A stretch of DNA of 36,367 nt from a virus (taxonomy: Duplodnaviria; Caudoviricetes): positions 1 through 36,367 of the IMG/VR virus record IMGVR_UViG_3300025635_000079; one strand, written 5' to 3'. Below the pieces are notes generated by a model. It had not been told where the DNA came from. It did no database searches and saw only the letters and a program-made list of their open reading frames with translations. The translations under genes and the position numbers were made by a program. Positions 26,108 to 34,865 of the stretch are shown here, piece by piece; position 1 is the first letter of the stretch; every line of letters begins with the position of its first letter.

Positions 26108-28452
26108 TTGTTCTCCTGTGCCATGCTGGGAAGTGAATAACCAAGCGCAGCCACAGCAGCAGCCGGGGCCATGCCTTTTTTCATCAGCTCGACAGCCTTT
26201 GCCCAGTCAGCCTCGCTGAAGAATTTGCGCATCTCTGCGACGTCTTTGCGCGCAGACGGGAATTCGGCGTCGCGTTTCATCTTGTCTTTGATGATCTTGC
26301 GCACGTCCTCGGATTCGCTCAAGTTGCGGCTGACGGCCTGGGAGACGCCCTCGGGCAGGTCGGCAAAGCCACGCAGCACAGCCTCGGTGGCCTTGCCGCC
26401 ACCGTACTCAAGCGGGGTGTAGACCGACTCCATGCCCGCTTTCTGCAAAGTTGCCCCCTCGGGCAACGCTTTTTGCAGCGGGCTGTTTTTGGAGGTGAGC
26501 TGTCGCAATGCCTTGACCTTTGCCGCGGCGTCGTCACCAAAGTCAGCAATCGATACGCCGCGGGCGCTGGCCGAGGGCATATACCCAGTGCCGCGCAGCG
26601 CGGATTGAATGGCCTGCATTTCTGCGCCGGTAGCCTGACGCGGCATCTCCACCAGCATCGCGTCTTTGCCTTTGCGCTGGGGCTGGGTGAACATGATGTG
26701 ACCAGCACCGGCCTCTTGCACATCGTTGGCGGCGCGGAATCGCTCGCCGGCTTCCATGGAAGCGCGAAAATTGTTATTTAACGTCTGACCGTTGCCGGTG
26801 GGCATGTTGGCCAGCGTGCGCGTGACGGTGACGGGGTTGTTCTCGACCACGCCTGCAGTGTTGGTGTACACGCCGGTGCCCTGCTGCGTCGGCATCTGAC
26901 GCAAACCCATAGCTGAGTGAATTGCATCACGCGGGCCTGCGCCGACAGCGTCAGGCATGCCGTACAACGCGGCGTTGTTCCTGGTAACGTCCCAGCGACC
27001 AATGTCGCCGTAGGCCTGCTTGGCCGCGTTGGACTCAGTAAGCAGCTCGGGAATGTGGCCAGTGTTAGCGCCCGGGACATACTCGTAGGTCGAGCTGAAC
27101 ATGTGCTTGGGCATGTAGTCGGCACTGGTCTTGTTCGCTTCGCGCAAAGCCTTGGCCATGCCTTCTGCGCCGCCCTTAAAACTTGCGTTCTTGCCACGCT
27201 CGTAGATGTCTTGGGCCTTGCCAAGAATCCAGGGGACCTCCTGCAAGTGAGGGCCGTTCCAATCTGCTTTGCCGCCTGCAGCTCGAGCGTTTGCACGGTC
27301 AACCATCAACGCTGTCTCTGCGTCCATGAATGGGTGCATCACGTTTGACACGCCAGCGGTCCATGGTTTGCCTGCAGGGTCGGTGTAACCAAACCCTTGC
27401 GCAGCGCGAAAATCGTTCACGCCAAACATGCCTTCAACAGGCACTCGAGGATCGTTCTTGACTCGATACTCGCCGATCTTGAATCCCAACGTGGGCGACA
27501 CGTCGTTGGCCAGTGCGTTGTCCAGCTTGTTCATTCCGGCGCTGCGGTAGGCCATCTCTGGCGCGCCCAATGCTCGAGAATTGTGGTGCTTGAGCGCAAA
27601 CGCGAGCTCGGACTCAGGCGATACGCCAGCCGAATACACGGCATGCGCATCGAGGGATCGGTCCAGCTGGTGCGGCTCGTTCGACGCAGCCTGGCCAGCC
27701 TTGGTGCGCTCGTACCAGTTGCCCACGCGGTCAGGGTCTGCGTACTTCAGCGCATCAACGCCCTCGTCAAATTGTTGATCCAGGCCTTTGCGCATCGCCC
27801 CCAAGCCTGAGCCGCTGGTAATGTGCCGAGGCGCGCCGATGATCGAGCCGTCAGCGCGGCGGTGAATGTGCTCGCCTTTTTTGGCTGACTTGAGTACGGC
27901 ATCCGCTCCTTGCGTAGCCTCCATCTTTCGATAGAAGTCAGCAGGGATCGCACCGCTGGCGCGCTGGCCCCCGGCTCGCTTGACCGTTTCTTCAACAGAT
28001 TCGCCAGCTGTGCCAGCCGCTTGAGCGTTCAGCTTTTCAACTTCTTTTTGAATTTGTTTTTGGCGCGCAGCCTCGCGCTCGCCCTTTTTGCCAAACCCGG
28101 CCAACGCCTCGGGGATTTGCTCGGATTCTTTGACGGCCTGCTCGATCACTTCACGCAAAGCGGGCGTGGCCTCTTCTGCAGCCTTGGCGCCCTTGCGCAG
28201 CTTGTTCACGCCTGCAGTAACACCACCAACCACAGGAATCATGCCGATGCTTGAGAGCGCCATGCCGAGCTTGTCGCCTTCGCGGCGAGCCCGCTCAAAA
28301 TCACGTCCTGCCGTGGCCGTGCCGACGACAGGCAAGAACCCGGCACCAATGTCAATGGCCAGGTCGCCCAAGTCGGAGTCCTGCGGGTTGTCGAGGGAGA
28401 CGAACTTGCGACCTCTGTCTCGCAATGCGTTGATGACGGCTTGGTAGTCCAT
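26104..28452 (-). CDS. Large multidomain protein: PT-TG-like N-terminus + putative HhH-GPD/glycosylase-like core
   Basis: DIGAGFLPVVGTA..RDF...GD.LG..LS.IG.IPVVG; WY...YS...GFKIGEY...VNDFR...LQEVPW. Confidence 0.7.
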   Translation of the reverse strand: MDYQAVINALRDRGRKFVSLDNPQDSDLGDLAIDIGAGFLPVVGTATAGRDFERARREGDKLGMALSSIGMIPVVGGVTAGVNKLRKGAKAAEEATPALREVIEQAVKESEQIPEALAGFGKKGEREAARQKQIQKEVEKLNAQAAGTAGESVEETVKRAGGQRASGAIPADFYRKMEATQGADAVLKSAKKGEHIHRRADGSIIGAPRHITSGSGLGAMRKGLDQQFDEGVDALKYADPDRVGNWYERTKAGQAASNEPHQLDRSLDAHAVYSAGVSPESELAFALKHHNSRALGAPEMAYRSAGMNKLDNALANDVSPTLGFKIGEYRVKNDPRVPVEGMFGVNDFRAAQGFGYTDPAGKPWTAGVSNVMHPFMDAETALMVDRANARAAGGKADWNGPHLQEVPWILGKAQDIYERGKNASFKGGAEGMAKALREANKTSADYMPKHMFSSTYEYVPGANTGHIPELLTESNAAKQAYGDIGRWDVTRNNAALYGMPDAVGAGPRDAIHSAMGLRQMPTQQGTGVYTNTAGVVENNPVTVTRTLANMPTGNGQTLNNNFRASMEAGERFRAANDVQEAGAGHIMFTQPQRKGKDAMLVEMPRQATGAEMQAIQSALRGTGYMPSASARGVSIADFGDDAAAKVKALRQLTSKNSPLQKALPEGATLQKAGMESVYTPLEYGGGKATEAVLRGFADLPEGVSQAVSRNLSESEDVRKIIKDKMKRDAEFPSARKDVAEMRKFFSEADWAKAVELMKKGMAPAAAVAALGYSLPSMAQENK

Positions 28453-28455
28453 GGC

Positions 28456-28818
28456 TTACTCCAGGGTCAGCAAGTACAACGTGCTCTGATACACGCGCAG
28501 GATCTCGTCGATCGTGTTCTGCAGTGCGGTGTCCTCTTTCTCGCAGATGCTGTATCGCTTCATCTCAATCCACTCGCACTGATACTCAAGCACCTCTTTG
28601 ATGCTGGCCTTGCCATCATCTTCGCTGCGCTTGATGGCCATGCGGTTGCCGTAGGCGCCTTGGTACTGCTCGACAAAACCATCGATCAGATCGAGCGCCG
28701 TGTCATAGAAGGTGTTGAGCGCCTTGTGTTCGGCGTAGCTCTTGGTTTTCCAGTGCGCCAGGTGTGCGTCGTCACGCGCCAGCAATACAAGAGAGACAAA
28801 TTGTTCTGCGGTGTTCAT
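28456..28818 (-). CDS. Ferritin/Dps-like four-helix protein (DUF5856-like)
   Basis: HLAHWKTKSYAEHKAL..FYD....LID.FVEQYQG and LQNTIDEI....TLYLLTL. Confidence 0.8.
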   Translation of the reverse strand: MNTAEQFVSLVLLARDDAHLAHWKTKSYAEHKALNTFYDTALDLIDGFVEQYQGAYGNRMAIKRSEDDGKASIKEVLEYQCEWIEMKRYSICEKEDTALQNTIDEILRVYQSTLYLLTLE

Positions 28819-28825
28819 GTGATCC

Positions 28826-29761
28826 TCAATCCAATAGCAGCAAGAGCTCGTCTTGCTTTCTGCGTTTGATTATCCTGGCCACCTCTACTCGAGCTGCGTC
28901 CAGGGCGCGTTGCGCGTCAGCACGCGCTTTGACTTGCATGGCCGCGATGCGCGCCTCTTGCAGCACCTGGCCAACGATCTTGGCCACCTCGCCGGGGTCC
29001 AGTGACGGCGGCACGTTGACACCAACGCGCTGTCCATCGACCGACAGCAGCTGCACCGACTTCGTACCCTCAGACACCACCACCGGCAGTGCCTTCTTTT
29101 TCATCGGGTCGACAATCGCTTCGATCTCTTCACGCAGGCGCTGGCGCTCGGCCTTCTCGCGCTCAAACTGCTCGTCGCGTTTCTTCTGCGCTTTGCGTCG
29201 GCGCTTCTCGTCACCAGGTCCAATGTCGGCGGTGACAATCGGGATCGGGGGCTCGACCTTGCCGGTGGCTGCAAACGTGTCGACCTCTGTCTCGACCGCG
29301 GCCATCGTGCCGCTGGCCACAACGTCTCCCTCTGCAGCGAACACGTCGCCGCCCGTCTCGGTGGCCGCCATCGTTCCAGTAATCACGACGTCGCCGTCGG
29401 CGCTGAACGTATCGACGCCTGTCTCGGTCGCGGACATCGTGCCCGCAAGATTGACATCACCCTCGGCTGCGAACGTGTCAACCTGGCTCTCGGTCGCGTT
29501 CATCAAGCCGGTGATCTGAACATCGCCCTCGGCTGCAAAAGTGTCGGTGCCGGTTTCGACGGCGCCCATCGATCCAACGATCTGGACCGTGCCTGTCGAT
29601 GCAAACGTGTCAACGGTCGACTCTGTGGCCGCCATCGTCCCGGCGATGTTGACATCACCTTCAGCGGCAAAGACGTCTACACCAGTCTCGGTCGCAGCCA
29701 TCTGACCGACTTGCTCGGTCCACTTGGCTGTTCCCCAATAACCAGTGCCCCACAGAGCCAT
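28826..29761 (-). CDS. Putative virion protein with seven 22-aa tandem repeats
   Basis: GxMxATETGVDTFAAEGDVxIx x7 (~29246-29707); charged helical C-terminus ending DELLLLLD. Confidence 0.75.
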   Translation of the reverse strand: MALWGTGYWGTAKWTEQVGQMAATETGVDVFAAEGDVNIAGTMAATESTVDTFASTGTVQIVGSMGAVETGTDTFAAEGDVQITGLMNATESQVDTFAAEGDVNLAGTMSATETGVDTFSADGDVVITGTMAATETGGDVFAAEGDVVASGTMAAVETEVDTFAATGKVEPPIPIVTADIGPGDEKRRRKAQKKRDEQFEREKAERQRLREEIEAIVDPMKKKALPVVVSEGTKSVQLLSVDGQRVGVNVPPSLDPGEVAKIVGQVLQEARIAAMQVKARADAQRALDAARVEVARIIKRRKQDELLLLLD

Positions 29762-29771
29762 GATCTAGCCC

Positions 29772-30158
29772 TTAGTTGGCTGTGATGGTTGCGCTGTTGA
29801 GCGTGATGATCTCGCCCACGTTGAACGACACCGACTCAAAAATAATGTCTGCGCCAGAGCCAACCAGGCCGACCGTCAAACCGGTGATCACGTCGTTGCC
29901 GTTGCTGTCGCGGATACGCGCAGCAGCTGCAGTGCCATCGGCATCTGCGCTGGTGTCAGAGCGCGGGAAGCCCGAGAACGTCAGCACGCCGCCAGAGGCA
30001 GCGGCCGCGCACGGGTCGGCCAGGACGATCGTGGCCAATACGGTGGCCATGCCGGTCGTGCCGATCTGCAAGACGCCAGGGCCAGAGCCTGCATCGATCG
30101 TTGCTGCGACGGCGTCGAGGCGGTTGTTCTTGGCGGTGGTTGAATAATTGACTGCCAT
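29772..30158 (-). CDS. Small beta-rich putative virion structural protein
   Basis: 128 aa, Ala/Gly/Thr-rich, ADADGTAAAARIRDSNG motif; GGAG RBS. Confidence 0.7.
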   Translation of the reverse strand: MAVNYSTTAKNNRLDAVAATIDAGSGPGVLQIGTTGMATVLATIVLADPCAAAASGGVLTFSGFPRSDTSADADGTAAAARIRDSNGNDVITGLTVGLVGSGADIIFESVSFNVGEIITLNSATITAN

Positions 30159-30170
30159 GTTGTTCTCCTA

Positions 30171-32411
30171 TCAAACGGGCATGCCAGGTTGACGAGCAAC
30201 CTGCGGGGTGACTGCTGGGGGAAGGGGAGCGCCACCGGTAAGGGCAGCCTGCGTGCCGGGCAACATGCCAGGCTCGTCGTCCATCTCGCGCACTTCGACA
30301 ATGTCGCCGTTGGCGTCTCGAATCGGCACGCGTCGTTTTTTCTTGCCCACCGCGTCCATCAGCATGGCCATCTGAGCCTGCGTCTGCAGCTGTGTGCTAA
30401 GTGCGCCCTGGGCAATGTTGCTCACGTTGTCGAGCAGGTCGCCCAGCTTGTTGCCAGACTCGGGGTTCATCTGCAGCATCTGGCGAATGTTCTCAAACTG
30501 CTGCGTCATCTGATCCATGCGGGCCTGCATCTCAACCTTTTGCATCTCGATCGAGGCCTTGAGCGCAGCGACTTCCTTGTCGGTCTGCGACTCGAGCATG
30601 GCGATCTTCTCTTGCGAGTCAATTTTCTTGAGCTCGATCTGTTGCTCGATGGTCGGCTGCGGTGGCTGCTTAGGTGCAGTGAGTTTTTGCTGCATGCCTG
30701 CAATCGCCTGGTCAAGCACAGACTCGATTTCGGTCGACACGCGGAACTTGGCCACGGCCCACTGCATCAATCGCATGAGATACGGGCCGGCCTCGGGCAC
30801 CTGTTGGGCCATCGGCGCCACTTGGGAAATAAACGCACCCAGGCCCTGCATGAACTGCACCGCGGCGTCACGCTCTGCCGCCCAGTCCAGCGCCGCCATC
30901 GAGTCAGCTTCGACGCTGATGCGGTATTCGCCAATCTCCTCGTTCTTGAGCAACTCAATCCCAGAGATGGCCAGCGGGGCATCGGGCGTGCGCTCGATGT
31001 TGCTGCGCTGAATGATCGTCTCAGGCTGGAAGTGCTTGCAGATAATCTCGGCCTTGATGCGCAGCAAGTTGGTGATCCACTCAGCGATAAAGAACTGCTT
31101 GAGCTGCACACGGGTGCTGCCAAACTGGGCCTTGATCTGCTGCGCCGTCGCTGTCTCACTGGCACGCGAGCTGCCGCGCATCACGTCAGAGATGCCCAGC
31201 ACCTCATAGATCTGCATCACCTTGTCCTGGCGGTATTGACGCAGTTGGTTGATGCAGTTGACCACCTGGTCGATCGGAGCAAAATCAATCTTGCCCTTCA
31301 CACCACCGGCCTCGGCAAACATCGCCCAGTTGTCCACAGGCACCAGCTGGTTCTCAGCGGCCTGGGAGAACATGCGGCCAACAGAATCGCCTGCGGTCTT
31401 GTCGTACACACCGGCCACCTTCGCGGCGCGGGTCAGCCATGTGATGCGGGTGTTGATCTCATCAAGCTCGTTGAACTGATCCTGCGCGAAGATGTAATCT
31501 GCACGCGGCATGAAGTTGGAGCTTGTGACGTTTGCGCACAGAGGCTTGGGACAGGGGAAAAACCCATCGAGCTGCAGCGGATCGTCTTTGACGTCGAGAA
31601 TGACTTCGGCGCCCTGGGAGTACCAGTACACCTTGCGCGTCTCTTTGCACCAGATCTCGAACACTTCGCCCTTGTTCCAGGGGTCGTACTTCGGCGTCTC
31701 GTTCTGCGTGTTGGCGTCTCTGTTGGGACGCGAGAGCTGAACAATCTGAGCGATCTCAGGACCAAAACGCTCGACCAGCTCGTCCTTGGTCATGTACACG
31801 CGACGGGCAACCCAGCGGACCTCTTCCCAGGTGCGGGCCGGCGACCAGAAAAAATCACCCCAATAGACGTAGTCGCAGGGCGCGTCCTCTTCGACAATCC
31901 GCTCGGCCTCAGTCGCGGGCTCGAGCTCCATTCCGCTCATCGGGTCAATCACAGCCTCGATGGTGTACGGCTCGGTCTTGACCTCGTAACGCATCCAGCC
32001 CTGGCCAAAACCAACAGTCAGCCAGTCCTCAATGCCGTTTCTGACACTCGAGTCCCAGTTGCTCACGTTGTCGTCGAACGAGCGATTGAGCAAACGCTGC
32101 AGCATCGTGCCTGCAACGCGGGCCTGGTCGTCCTCGGCGTCTTGCCAGCTGCGCGCAACGTCAGCCCGGGGCGGGCGTGCGTACAGCATCGACATCAACA
32201 CCTGCACCGTCGACCAGAACAGGTTCACGCGGGACTGGTCACGACCAAAGTCCTCGCGCTTGTCCAGATACCGATGCACAATGCGCGTGGCATCGTTGTG
32301 AAAATTGCGAAGCTCTTGCTTCGACGCCGAGATCTCAAGGTTCCACTTCTGAGCCAGGCCCACTGGAGTGTCTTGGAAATCTGACGCGCTGGTGATCTTG
32401 CCTTGGTCCAT
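30171..32411 (-). CDS. Portal protein
   Basis: 746 aa directly after terL; ETATAQQIK motif; long C-terminal coiled coil. Confidence 0.85.
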   Translation of the reverse strand: MDQGKITSASDFQDTPVGLAQKWNLEISASKQELRNFHNDATRIVHRYLDKREDFGRDQSRVNLFWSTVQVLMSMLYARPPRADVARSWQDAEDDQARVAGTMLQRLLNRSFDDNVSNWDSSVRNGIEDWLTVGFGQGWMRYEVKTEPYTIEAVIDPMSGMELEPATEAERIVEEDAPCDYVYWGDFFWSPARTWEEVRWVARRVYMTKDELVERFGPEIAQIVQLSRPNRDANTQNETPKYDPWNKGEVFEIWCKETRKVYWYSQGAEVILDVKDDPLQLDGFFPCPKPLCANVTSSNFMPRADYIFAQDQFNELDEINTRITWLTRAAKVAGVYDKTAGDSVGRMFSQAAENQLVPVDNWAMFAEAGGVKGKIDFAPIDQVVNCINQLRQYRQDKVMQIYEVLGISDVMRGSSRASETATAQQIKAQFGSTRVQLKQFFIAEWITNLLRIKAEIICKHFQPETIIQRSNIERTPDAPLAISGIELLKNEEIGEYRISVEADSMAALDWAAERDAAVQFMQGLGAFISQVAPMAQQVPEAGPYLMRLMQWAVAKFRVSTEIESVLDQAIAGMQQKLTAPKQPPQPTIEQQIELKKIDSQEKIAMLESQTDKEVAALKASIEMQKVEMQARMDQMTQQFENIRQMLQMNPESGNKLGDLLDNVSNIAQGALSTQLQTQAQMAMLMDAVGKKKRRVPIRDANGDIVEVREMDDEPGMLPGTQAALTGGAPLPPAVTPQVARQPGMPV

Positions 32412-33745
32412 TACCCAATCCTTCCTGATCGGACGGGAGCTGTCTCCCAGATGTCGTCCAAGGCAAACTGGTAATGCGCGCCTTGGCCCTTTGTTGCGAT
32501 TTTATTCGCCGCTTTCGATTTTCTCACCGCCTTGCGCGCAGCAAGAGCCAAATACCGGAACGAGTCCGCTGCGTGGCTGTGCTGGTCGTGCTTGGGGCGG
32601 TTGCGGTAGGTCTGAGTCCTCTCGTCCCACTCCCGCATGTACGCCCGCAGGTGGTCAACCCCATCATAGGTCGGCTCCTCATCGAACCAGCAATCGTTCA
32701 GGATGAGCCTGGCTGCCTCGATCCCGTCCTGCAGCGACATCTCAGGCACCAGCTTGGGCGTGATCCCGCTCTGCAAGAACTGCTCGATGATCGACTTGCC
32801 CGTCTGCAGCGACTTCGCCCGGGCGTCGTGCGGCAGCCACACCTGGCCGACCTTGTATGGCCGGGTCTTGACCCAGTTGATGTAGTGCCCGATCGCCTGG
32901 TTGTCATCCTCCATGAAATCAATCACCCGATACCCGTCAGGCGTCTCCTGCCATCCCCACCAGGAGCAGCTGTCGGTGTAACCCAAGTCGGCCACCAGGT
33001 TGACCGGCAGCTCGTTGTCGATCTTGTGCGCGCCAATCCGACCCTCTTCATACGCCTGGCCAATCTGCCGGGCATAGTACGCCCCAGGCACCGCGGCATC
33101 GAACGAGCACTCGTACTCAACCTCATACGCCTCGGGCGTCATCTGCGCCTTGGCGTCGCGCAATTCATCGGGGTGAATGATCCCGGTCTTGCTTGCTGGC
33201 AGCTCCAGCAGCATGTGCGTGCTCGGGTTCAGCCGGGCCTCTTCCCGAATGTTCCAAAACAGGTTCTTGCCCTTCGGGGTCCCGGCAAAGATTGCCCAGC
33301 CGCGCCGGTCAGACAGCGCAGGACGCAGCACCGTGTACCAGGCACTCGGCCTGATGTCGCCCACCTCGTCCAGCACCACCCCGTCAAAGTACATGCCCCG
33401 CAGCGCGTCGTAGTTGTCAGCGCCGGCCACATAGATCGTGCTCTCGCTCCCGTGCCCGTTGTGCAAACTCAGCTTGAGCTCGCTCTCGTTGGGCGGCTTA
33501 GACCACATCGGACGCGTCAGGTCCTTCAAGTACGCCCAGGCCACCCGCTTGGCCTGGTCGCGCTGCGGCGCCAAGTACGCGAACTGCGGTTTGGGCAGGC
33601 TCGTCTCCAACGCTCCCAGCACCAGGTCAGCGCACATGGCCACCGTCTTGCCCGCACGGCGGTGCGCCACCACCACCGTCCAACGACGGTCCCGGTTGTG
33701 CAACGGCTTGAACACCTCGCGGGGTTGATATTCGCGTAAGTCCAT
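32411..33745 (-). CDS. terL: Terminase large subunit
   Basis: HRRAGKT Walker A, VVLDE Walker B, GTPKG, DLG and HAADSFRY nuclease motifs. Confidence 0.95.
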   Translation of the reverse strand: MDLREYQPREVFKPLHNRDRRWTVVVAHRRAGKTVAMCADLVLGALETSLPKPQFAYLAPQRDQAKRVAWAYLKDLTRPMWSKPPNESELKLSLHNGHGSESTIYVAGADNYDALRGMYFDGVVLDEVGDIRPSAWYTVLRPALSDRRGWAIFAGTPKGKNLFWNIREEARLNPSTHMLLELPASKTGIIHPDELRDAKAQMTPEAYEVEYECSFDAAVPGAYYARQIGQAYEEGRIGAHKIDNELPVNLVADLGYTDSCSWWGWQETPDGYRVIDFMEDDNQAIGHYINWVKTRPYKVGQVWLPHDARAKSLQTGKSIIEQFLQSGITPKLVPEMSLQDGIEAARLILNDCWFDEEPTYDGVDHLRAYMREWDERTQTYRNRPKHDQHSHAADSFRYLALAARKAVRKSKAANKIATKGQGAHYQFALDDIWETAPVRSGRIG

Positions 33746-33858
33746 CAGTCGTCCTTGTCAGAGCGCCACAGCACCCACAGCACCACACCCACAAACACAA
33801 CGCCCGTGCCGCTCATGAGGCCCAGCAAAGTCAGCAGGGAGCGGGCTTCGTCAGTCAT
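33745..33858 (-). CDS. Small membrane peptide (37 aa, MTDEARSLLTLLGLMSGTGVVFVGVVLWVLWRSDKDD)
   Basis: Below the ORF-track cutoff; TGATG coupling to terL. Confidence 0.5.
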   Translation of the reverse strand: MTDEARSLLTLLGLMSGTGVVFVGVVLWVLWRSDKDD

Positions 33859-34047
33859 GCGTTTTTCTCAACAGGGTGGTGGTGGGTACTGAAAGTGGGG
33901 AGGGGGCCCCTGGCTCGAGCCACCCCCCACCCCCGGCTCGACGGGGGGATGGGGGTCGCGGCCAGGCCACACGGCCAGGGCGCCCAGGCAAGGGCGCTGC
34001 GCGGGGCTGGGAGACGCGATCGCAGGGCAGGCAAGGGGGCGGTAGCC

Positions 34048-34644
34048 TCACGCATCGCCAGCGCCTCCTGCGGCCTTCTGCGCGGTCGGCCCCTCGGCGT
34101 CACCCCCCGCCGGCGACTCAACACCCCCATCGGCGGGTAGCTGCGGATCTTTAATCCGGTAGGTGCCGTCCGTTTCCCGTTCTACATCAAGGACTTGCAG
34201 CGTCTGCGTCCCAACTTGTGACTGAGTTGTGCCGATGTTGCGCCCGCCGAGCCATGACAGCTCGAGCCTGATGCCGCCATCGACCTGCTGGTTGATCTGC
34301 GTGGGCAGCACCTTGTTCATCAGGCTGGTGAACGCGGCCCGGTCGCTCTGCGTGCCGTTGGCCAGCTTGACCAGGTACTTGACCCCGCCGACCTGGTCGA
34401 AGGCCTCGAGCACCGCGTCGCGCAGGTTGGTGAGCTTGTTGCGCACGCCCTTGGTGCGGCCTGGCGGCGTCGGGGCGCCGGTGAGCGGGCTGACGGCCCG
34501 CGGCTTGAGCGCGGCCTCTGCGCTCGCACCCGACACGCTGTTTTCACTCACCGTTGCCTCCACCGCACTGCTGAGCACAGCGCGATCCATGGCCTTCTGC
34601 AAGTCCTGGCCACCGACCAGGTCAACCGTTGTCTTTTGTTCCAT
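34048..34644 (-). CDS. Terminase small subunit-like protein
   Basis: GRTKGVRNK...AFDQVGGVKYL...F..L..KVLP; upstream of terL. Confidence 0.72.
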   Translation of the reverse strand: MEQKTTVDLVGGQDLQKAMDRAVLSSAVEATVSENSVSGASAEAALKPRAVSPLTGAPTPPGRTKGVRNKLTNLRDAVLEAFDQVGGVKYLVKLANGTQSDRAAFTSLMNKVLPTQINQQVDGGIRLELSWLGGRNIGTTQSQVGTQTLQVLDVERETDGTYRIKDPQLPADGGVESPAGGDAEGPTAQKAAGGAGDA

Positions 34645-34662
34645 GTTGCGATTTTCCCATCA
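34644..34662 (-). promoter_or_regulatory. Operator/promoter motif abutting the terS start
   Basis: Minus strand TGATGGGAAAATCGCAACA; its last A is the A of the ATG. Confidence 0.55.
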
Positions 34663-34687
34663 TCATCAAACAGCCCAATTGTGGACC

Positions 34688-34853
34688 CGGGACATTCAAA
34701 CGGGACAACCGGGACACCCTATAGGGTGTGTCCCGTTCTGTCCCGATGAATTGATGTCTTTTGTCCCGTTCCGTCCCGTCTTGTCCCGTTCTGTCCCGGT
34801 ATTTGTCCCGGTATTTGTCCCGCCGGGACAAGCGCTTTTCCCGCTTTGTCCCG
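34688..34853. repeat. Iteron-like array (TGTCCCG/CGGGACA, ~12 copies) around a 16-bp palindrome; putative replication origin
   Basis: CGGGACA at 34688, 34701, 34710 and 34824; TGTCCCG at 34729, 34739, 34762, 34782, 34792, 34804, 34816 and 34847; ACACCCTATAGGGTGT at 34714-34729; downstream of the primase-helicase operon. Confidence 0.75.
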
Positions 34854-34865
34854 TCAAAACACTGT

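Noticed and set aside
30189-33739. Long + strand ORFs (731 aa and 421 aa), and similar antisense ORFs at 5591-6856, 15780-16637, 16891-18135 and 23629-24492
   Set aside because: They are antisense shadows of real genes, caused by high-GC codon bias, and show no recognisable motifs.
34688-34853. CRISPR array, or the 94-aa ORF 34622-34906
   Set aside because: The repeats are only 7 bp, occur in both orientations and lack 30-40-bp spacers; the ORF is a low-complexity translation of the repeats.
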